DNA from: Phoronis australis
Lineage: Eukaryota; Animalia; Phoronida
Assembly: GCA_002633005.1 (NCBI GenBank)
Contig: NMRA01000021.1
Coordinates: 165,000-228,999 of the forward strand
Length of the DNA stretch: 64,000 nt
Direction of reading: 5' to 3'
Under the pieces are notes generated by a model. That model saw only the letters and a list, made by a program, of their open reading frames with translations, did no database searches and had not been told where the DNA came from. Below are positions 60,601-64,000 of the stretch, one piece after another (position 1 is the stretch's first letter; each line of letters starts with the position of its first letter). A program made the position numbers and the translations under genes.

Positions 60601-62120
60601 TGACCTCTGCAACACGTAAAGCTTGTACGCGCGCACTTATGCAGTGCCACCACTTGCAATCCAAGTAGAGCGCTACGTGGTCACTGGTCGTCTGCGCACT
60701 ACAGTTCTAACAAACTAACAAGACCGCAGGATGGCACGGGTCTATTACTCAGCAATTTTGTAAATTTAATTGTGAATGACTAATGTGAGGGCAACAGAAC
60801 CTTTGTTGGGATCATCCGCTGTCATGAAGTTTTTACCGTCACTTGGCGACGTGACGATAAAGCTCTGAAAAGTTCTACGCGTTCAGAGTACGTGTGTGGT
60901 GTGGGGACTGAGATCATGAGGTAAGATTAACCGCCCAGGGTGGTTGCCTGTCGTAATAAGCGCCCATGTTCAGTTAACTGCCCACCCTGGATTTCTTGAA
61001 ATTTCACGTTTTAGCGCCCATGTCTGGTTAACCGGCCACCCCCGACTTTTTGGGTTTGCCAATTTAACCGCCTAGGACATTAACTCGAATGTTTACGGTA
61101 AATAATTACCAAATGTATTATGTTCCCATTTTTCAGAGAGCTCACTACATTGCTTAAAAAGGCTCGACAATGAAGTAAAAAAGCTTTTCCTGTGTGTTTT
61201 TGTTGAAAGGTTTGACCAAATCAAATTTCACTGTAGTTCTGTGATTTTGTGTGATGATCGAAGAATGTTTTGGATGGTGTTGTGAGAAGATGGAGAAAGT
61301 TGGAACAATCTTGGCCTTTAGATGTTTGGAAGTGGTTACAGAGATATAGATTCTTGTTTCATTGATGGTTTTATTAAATCAAGCATTGGAATTGACATTG
61401 TTTGAGAGCATGACAATAGAATGTCTGAGTTTCTTCTTGTCATTAAGATGGTGAAAAAGATCCCTAAAATAGCGGGGGGGGGGGTTTGCGTTGTGTTACT
61501 GCGTCATTTTTCCTTTGCCAACTGAGATTTGAAGTTTCAGTTTATCTTGATAGGGAAGTGACTGGTTTATATTTGCCGTAGTTTTATGATATGTCATGCA
61601 ATTTCTCACGTAACCAGTGCATGGATGATCAGCTATGGATGGCCAGCTTAAGTCCCTTGTAAGGGTACGCACAGTTACTCTTCTAATTACTGGTTAATCT
61701 GGAAAAAGAATAAAATGTTTGTGTGAGTGTTGGTTATTGAAATTATTTGTGATAGTGGATGGACGATGTATACTTTTAGTTGTGAAGTTGTAATTTATGT
61801 ATTTATTGTAATGTACCTATTTCTACCATTGCGTTGAAAACGCGATTAAATTTTTCATTTGAAAGCTTGATGTAGCTTACTACATAGCTGCACTCCTGAA
61901 GAAAGGAGATTGTTTTGACACTACGAGTGACTCTGTATCAAGCATTCAAACAAAAACTTTAGTCGTGTTTTCAACGAAGTTTGTGTTAACGAAGGGTTGC
62001 TACCAAACAATTGCAGACCTATTTCTACCATTATGTAGGAGGAATGCCGTGTGTTTCCATAAGGTGCTCAAACATTTCTTCTTCTTCACCTTCCATCCTC
62101 TCAGAGACTACAGCATGCAG
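23617..62120 (+). CDS. TARBP1: TARBP1 / TRM3-like probable tRNA (guanosine-18-2'-O)-methyltransferase, 5' 19 coding exons (1273 codons); C-terminal SpoU domain lies beyond the window
   Basis: Exons 23617-24697, 24920-25068, 25813-25865, 26387-26484, 27206-27341, 27874-27973, 28410-28605, 29295-29662, 29907-30044, 30742-30893, 31608-31809, 41313-41492, 41680-41846, 43228-43299, 44165-44393, 45360-45509, 46133-46219, 59350-59528, 62039-62120. All are GT-AG with matching phases. Recognisable TARBP1 motifs: FWEIIQVGL...LTRKRSMYLLKRA, LKRGTTLWTKCSDWLRV, NSEIHRTKHRL, QSAVRYYLEW, LPWC..HHFNTR, HFFFFTFHPLRDY. Confidence 0.92.
24920..25068 (+). CDS. TARBP1: TARBP1 coding exon 2
   Basis: tgtag|KPLMDTSWIGVLFRRGFTHQNLYVRKW...|gttggt. 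Confidence 0.85.
25813..25865 (+). CDS. TARBP1: TARBP1 coding exon 3
   Basis: tttcag|FICGHLLPVLNDGSLFT|gtgaga. Confidence 0.85.
26387..26484 (+). CDS. TARBP1: TARBP1 coding exon 4
   Basis: ttgtag|DSEALPGTFPKLATEVSSFLQ...EK|gtaaag. Confidence 0.85.
27206..27341 (+). CDS. TARBP1: TARBP1 coding exon 5
   Basis: tttcag|SFSCEFISNFCEIAWSEVAMLYIS...LRKL|gtcagt. Confidence 0.85.
27874..27973 (+). CDS. TARBP1: TARBP1 coding exon 6
   Basis: ttgcag|ALMLSGCLSCFDVHIRSSIQTLLCEAVLKLSDT|gtaatt. Confidence 0.82.
28025..28140. repeat. Imperfect inverted repeat (hairpin) in TARBP1 intron
   Basis: AAATAGTATAAAGT...TACTAAAATATATTAAAATAT pairs with ATATTTTAATATATTTTAGTA...ACTTTATACTATTT. Confidence 0.75.
28410..28605 (+). 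CDS. TARBP1: TARBP1 coding exon 7
   Basis: tttcag|SKLCFEDFACFL...LKRGTTLWTKCSDWLRV...|gtaata. Confidence 0.9.
29295..29662 (+). CDS. TARBP1: TARBP1 coding exon 8
   Basis: ttgtag|DGDST...NHRAYMAAGKAESCL...GIKQ|gtaata. Confidence 0.87.
29907..30044 (+). CDS. TARBP1: TARBP1 coding exon 9
   Basis: tttcag|MADLSILDLCVDLL...SEVT|gtaaga; an in-frame alternative donor at 30125 is also possible. Confidence 0.75.
30742..30893 (+). CDS. TARBP1: TARBP1 coding exon 10
   Basis: ttccag|ETQEASMARLAAVTILATVC...KKES|gtatgt. Confidence 0.8.
30965..31150. repeat. Degenerate tandem repeat, ~25-30 bp unit (ATATCACCATCAC..ATT) x~6
   Basis: TCACCATCA-type cores recur through the interval. Confidence 0.65.
31608..31809 (+). 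CDS. TARBP1: TARBP1 coding exon 11
   Basis: ttccag|LSQSDWGRVVSLYLQAQWTCLEY...CLKHLVVK|gtgagt. Confidence 0.88.
34037..34202. repeat. Long hairpin (~73-bp arms, ~20-nt loop), probable foldback MITE
   Basis: TAGGTTATCCTACATACATA...GAATGTCCCA pairs with TGGGACATTC...TATGTATGTAGGGTAACCTA. Confidence 0.85.
35970..36306 (-). CDS. Nested receptor exon 6: cytoplasmic tail with NPxY and YxxL/I motifs
   Basis: ttag|SSHRHLPKSQVRSPP...DNPAYDNIYETIPYD...VYLEL...KYAVLETKSPEGVYTALNTNQSQK*. Confidence 0.85.
35970..40592 (-). CDS. Nested antisense gene: type I membrane protein (signal peptide, SUEL/Gal-lectin-like, CUB-like, mucin-like stalk, TM, Tyr-motif tail), 588 aa, 6 exons
   Basis: Exons 40592-40442, 39270-38992, 38548-38135, 37625-37122, 36812-36731, 36306-35970, all GT-AG, phases 1,1,1,1,2, total 1767 nt with no internal stop. 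Each exon carries one module. The gene lies wholly within TARBP1 intron 31810-41312. Confidence 0.88.
36731..36812 (-). CDS. Nested receptor exon 5: transmembrane helix
   Basis: ctatag|VAVIAGATAGGAVVLLVVVAVIIVCCT|gtgagg. Confidence 0.9.
37122..37625 (-). CDS. Nested receptor exon 4: Thr/Ser/Pro-rich stalk
   Basis: ttttag|ITWENKVNK...open Thr/Ser/Pro-rich frame...AMEN|gtatgt. Confidence 0.85.
38135..38548 (-). CDS. Nested receptor exon 3: CUB-like domain
   Basis: C..., LKTKGYPNKY, C.W, VLDFDL, C.DHL, ECG, RGIWL follow the CUB pattern; tttcag / gtgagt boundaries. Confidence 0.83.
38992..39270 (-). CDS. Nested receptor exon 2: SUEL/galactose-lectin-like domain
   Basis: Eight Cys with LQC...VIFVISALVG...C...C...RCNGRQRCQI...TPC...TYLHVHYDC; ggcag / gtgagt boundaries. 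Confidence 0.83.
40442..40592 (-). CDS. Nested receptor exon 1: signal peptide + Ser-Gly cluster
   Basis: aaaATG MKLPSCQLIFLWLLCQEDVCLVRG-QFTDSLSSGSGSGDSIEGSGSEVKIP|gtgaga. Confidence 0.8.
41313..41492 (+). CDS. TARBP1: TARBP1 coding exon 12
   Basis: ttttag|LEDEALVSTVFDVAWKKTL...FWTALECFIDLIFQPKFL...|gtatgc. Confidence 0.88.
41680..41846 (+). CDS. TARBP1: TARBP1 coding exon 13
   Basis: ttacag|CASSLLRYGVEKMGVANML...EACTFGAVKKR|gtatct. Confidence 0.87.
42598..43187. mobile_element. Tc1/mariner(pogo)-type MITE, TA target duplication
   Basis: TA|CAGTAAAAATTCTTCAGTTTGGGACAATG ... CATTGTCCCAAACAGGAGATTTTTTTCTG|TA. Confidence 0.75.
43228..43299 (+). CDS. TARBP1: TARBP1 coding exon 14
   Basis: acgcag|VKKDVHRCIYGLGKDFTTNQIFG|gtaagt; phase 2/2 fits both neighbours. 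Confidence 0.8.
44165..44393 (+). CDS. TARBP1: TARBP1 coding exon 15
   Basis: ctctag|EYCGVRATIASLL...RNFPNSEIHRTKHRLVTAMMVL...|gtatag. Confidence 0.87.
45360..45509 (+). CDS. TARBP1: TARBP1 coding exon 16
   Basis: ttacag|TAVIGLL...QSAVRYYLEWLAIRVFYRFP...LKQ|gtaggg. Confidence 0.9.
45507..45647 (+). repeat. 47-bp tandem repeat x3 that includes the exon-16 splice donor
   Basis: C(A/T)GGTAGGGGCTAATGGA...CTCACAAA at 45507, 45554 and 45601. Confidence 0.9.
46133..46219 (+). CDS. TARBP1: TARBP1 coding exon 17
   Basis: ttccag|GLNKKVASMCSMMVVVSHVCQLLDCKVKQ|gtaaat. Confidence 0.85.
46420..46767. repeat. 17-bp minisatellite (GTTGTGCTGCCCTGTGC) x~20
   Basis: Near-perfect tandem array that creates spurious Cys-rich ORFs in three frames. 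Confidence 0.97.
46769..47249 (-). mobile_element. Non-LTR retrotransposon relic: N-terminal half of RNase H plus upstream linker
   Basis: Minus frame: RLKTVQSW...HWR*RADCINQATVLEWLEEQSPTIIVATDGSLRDDTTA*AAVAW...SSSFRAECEAYEDTLVWL...LLT. The TDGS and RAE motifs of RNase H are present, with two stops, and the frame ends at the minisatellite. Confidence 0.75.
47251..48066 (+). mobile_element. Helentron/DINE-1-like element, 5'-truncated (copy 3)
   Basis: Same internal repeats (CCCTAGTGGCA cores) and the same 3' end, TGTGGGTGCATTTCAACGCTCTGCGTTGCTCT. Confidence 0.7.
49072..49799 (-). CDS. PHYHIPL: PHYHIP-like exon 2 (PHYHIP C-terminal domain)
   Basis: Intact 242-codon frame with the family motifs and a strong polypyrimidine acceptor. 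Confidence 0.9.
49072..54401 (-). CDS. PHYHIPL: Nested antisense gene: phytanoyl-CoA hydroxylase-interacting protein-like (FN3-like N-terminus + PHYHIP C-terminal domain), 333 aa, 2 coding exons
   Basis: Exon 54401-54128 (ATG...LFPPGLKYKV...PLRA G|gtcagt) joins exon 49799-49072 (tttttttcag|AA TAC...) in phase 1, total 1002 nt. The C-terminal exon has PHYHIP motifs LYRN...YF, KDNNG, INGxLxGLFF, DSPFG, NLYFADFYC, HYITLV, DKFC, VEVL, K.P.C..CNI. The gene lies in TARBP1 intron 46220-59349. The symbol denotes the family, not proven orthology. Confidence 0.82.
50199..50313 (+). mobile_element. THAP zinc-finger N-terminal relic (DNA transposon derived)
   Basis: PTKFHCCVVGCSS...*...VKFFVFP matches the THAP pattern P..CCVxGC...FxFP. 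It has an internal stop and no ATG. Confidence 0.6.
51848..52198 (-). pseudogene. Duplicated copy of PHYHIP-like exon 1 lacking the phase-1 splice donor
   Basis: Near-identical to 54401-54129 up to PLRA, then diverges exactly at the donor position and reads on to a stop at 51848. The duplicated block is 51926-52692 vs 54129-54634. Confidence 0.75.
52316..52561 (+). mobile_element. tRNA-derived SINE with 13-bp target-site duplication
   Basis: A-box-like GTGGTTGGTTG and B box GGTTCAAGTCC (52370-52380). TSD TATTGTTCGAAGT at 52303-52315 and 52562-52574. The paralogous block carries a single empty site, TATTGTTCAAAGT (54503-54515). Confidence 0.85.
54128..54401 (-). CDS. PHYHIPL: PHYHIP-like exon 1 (FN3-like)
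   Basis: MEVTGVSYSVERAEIYLRWS...LFPPGLKYKVVFKP...; in-frame TAG just upstream of the ATG; donor G|gtcagt. Confidence 0.75.
56186..56429. other. Assembly gap (N run)
   Basis: Run of N. Confidence 1.
56494..56853 (-). mobile_element. Non-LTR retrotransposon RNase H relic (C-terminal half), copy 1
   Basis: MEFEAIQRAL...IIFATDSMAVL...WSFVPGHAGVLINERADYLA: RNase HI motifs E, TDS, PGHxG and NExAD. Confidence 0.82.
57624..57983 (-). mobile_element. RNase H relic, copy 2 (TGG>TGA stop)
   Basis: Duplicate of 56494-56853. Plus-strand ACCTCAG replaces ACCCCAG, creating a stop. Confidence 0.8.
59350..59528 (+). CDS. TARBP1: TARBP1 coding exon 18
   Basis: ttccag|EEFLTSALPLVLPWCTAHHFNTRTFSQLALYRLW...EYLTT|gtgagc. 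Confidence 0.88.
59577..61098. mobile_element. Non-autonomous pogo/Tigger-like DNA transposon, TA target duplication
   Basis: TA|CCGTAAACGTGCGGGTTAACGCCC ... GGACATTAACTCGAATGTTTACGG|TA, with subterminal TTAACCGCCC/GCGCCCATG repeats. Confidence 0.7.
62039..62120 (+). CDS. TARBP1: TARBP1 coding exon 19
   Basis: atgtag|RNAVCFHKVLKHFFFFTFHPLRDYSMQ|gtgagg. Confidence 0.9.
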
Positions 62121-62604
62121 GTGAGGTCACTGACCCAAAGGTCAAAGGTCATTCACAGTTAGACAGGGTTCAGATAGAAATGGGGACCGTATTAAAGATG
62201 CACAGTATGTGTTGTCTATTTTGTTATGGGATTTTTACACTGAGCATTGGACGGATTGTATTCCTGTGATAAAGGTTATGTGAAAAAATAATTGGTGCTG
62301 GTCTGTGCCAAACTCATTATAAATAGACCTGAGCCACCCAGCTGGTATTAGGTGTCATTGAGGTATAATTGAGGAATTCTGGCCCATTTCAGTAGACATC
62401 GGGTGTCGTTTAAAAATAAGGATAATTAAAAATACAGCATCATCCTACATCAAGTTTCAAACAACAATTATCTTATTTTCTTTGGCCTTATCCAAAAAGC
62501 TGGTGATGGTGAATTTTCGTATTCACTTCACTGATGTATATTGTTACATTGTATGGACACGTCTGTTGAGATGAGAAAGAACTTTGAGTGTATTAGTGTC
62601 TTAT

Positions 62605-63477
62605 AGGGGAAGACAACCTTTTTTCATGTCATTTTAGCAAAAATAAGGTTCGTTGATTATCCCAGACATATTTTTCACTTAATTACAGCTTTTTACAATT
62701 TAATTAATTATTCGTCCTCTTCTCCAGAAGCGACGTTTTGGGAGGCAAGAATTTCGCGCAAATTTCTTTTCATATAGTCCGAGTGTGAGAGCTGTCGAGT
62801 CAGTCATTGTCCTACCTCGGTTGTCGTTTGCTTTTGTTTACGAGTCGTTCAAAAATGCCACACTGTTGCTGCATACTGCCCAGAGCCTGTAAGCAGCCCT
62901 GCTACGATGTTGAGTAGTGGGAGTGAATACAGTCCCAGTTAGACACCGAGTGAAGAGGACAGTTCGTCGTCCAATGAACAGATTGGTGAGCCAAACTTTG
63001 ATAAGTTTATTGTGGACTTGTTTAAAGTACTGGAGCTATTTAGAAGGTGCCAGGTGAGTGGTGAGGGAGTCACACGGCGGGATTTAAGCAGTTTGTGTGC
63101 TCAGGTCACCATCCAGTGGGAGTGTGTCGCCGACACTCCGGCAAGTGAGACAGTTGTTCCTCAGTCCGTAAGATGATAATGAGTACATCCCGGTACGCAG
63201 CAACAATGGCATCTTGACCGACTCGTAAACAAAAGCAAACGATGACCGAACTTATCACAACCAAGGTAGAGCAATGACTGACTCGGCAGTTCTCACAGTC
63301 GGTCTATATAAAAAGAAGTTGGCGCGAAATTCTTGCCTCCCAAAATGTCTCTTCCGGAGTAGAGGACGAGTATTTGTTTAAATTACAAAAAGCTGTAATT
63401 AACTGAAAAATATGTCTGGGATAATCAACAAACCTTATTTTTGCTAAAACTGACATGAAAAAAGGTTGCCTTCGCCT
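62605..63477. mobile_element. Internally deleted DNA transposon with ~270-bp terminal inverted repeats (Kolobok-like)
   Basis: TTAT|AGGGGAAGACAACCTTTTTTCATGTCA ... TGACATGAAAAAAGGTTGCCTTCGCCT|TTAT. Arms are ~62605-62876 and ~63193-63477. The centre encodes SEYSPS...KFIVDLFKVLELFRRC...VTIQWEC..HSGK* on the plus strand with a frameshift. Confidence 0.8.
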
Positions 63478-64000
63478 TTATTGTAGAGTCTGTTACAGAC
63501 GGGGAGTTGGGTCATTGTGCCTGGACTTTGTCATCAAAAGTGACTTAAGACTAAACACAGAAATTTGGTCTTACGCTCCAGACAACTTTTTCTGAAAAAT
63601 ACTAAAATATTTTGTTACGTTTAAGTACAAAATCCCGTAGAATGTACACTAGTCTAGACTGTGATGCGCTCATAATTAATTGGCCAGATTTTATTCAGCA
63701 GCTGTGATGTGGGAGCATAAGACCATATTTCCGTCTTAAAGTCCTTGTTGCAAACTGCCCATATGGTTCCAGTATCCGAAAATACTTACTACATAAATTC
63801 TTATTTTTGACACCCTTTCTTTATATTCTTTTCGCCTTTCTTGCCAAAAGCGATTTTGTAACAGTATTTGACCCTTCTCTCTGAGCGTATGATTACCGGT
63901 TGTCATCGGTTATTTCCGTACCCACATTTCCGGCTCATCAGTTCAGGAACTTGTCCTGAACGCCGCCATTTTTTCCTTGTAACTGAATGTGCTATGGCTT

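Overview
Eukaryotic (animal, probably marine invertebrate/lophotrochozoan; inference) genomic DNA with spliceosomal introns, AT-rich, with three N-gaps. Four protein-coding genes were reconstructed by hand from GT-AG junctions with consistent phases. (1) A complete 6-exon glia maturation factor gene (GMF, 142 aa, minus strand, 15377-21737). (2) Head-to-head with it, a TARBP1/TRM3-like tRNA Gm18 2'-O-methyltransferase gene (plus strand, 19 coding exons from 23617 to 62120, continuing past the window end). (3) Nested antisense in one 9.5-kb TARBP1 intron, a complete 6-exon, 588-aa type I membrane protein gene: signal peptide, Ser-Gly cluster, divergent SUEL-lectin-like domain, CUB-like domain, Thr/Ser/Pro stalk with WxxW motifs, TM helix, and a Tyr-rich tail with NPxY and a textbook-spaced ITAM-like motif. 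(4) Nested antisense in a 13-kb TARBP1 intron, a 2-exon, 333-aa PHYHIP/PHYHIPL-like gene with a duplicated, donor-less copy of its first exon. The rest is transposon-rich. It includes three Helentron/DINE-1-like elements whose internal satellite repeats a CTCF-consensus-like motif every ~130-180 bp, a tRNA-derived SINE with a 13-bp TSD whose empty site is also in the window, and TTAA/TTAT- and TA-flanked MITEs. Relics of Penelope GIY-YIG, RNase H, THAP and DDE transposase sequences, minisatellites and several long hairpins are also present. Homology calls rest on motif recognition and recalled family sequences; no searches were run.
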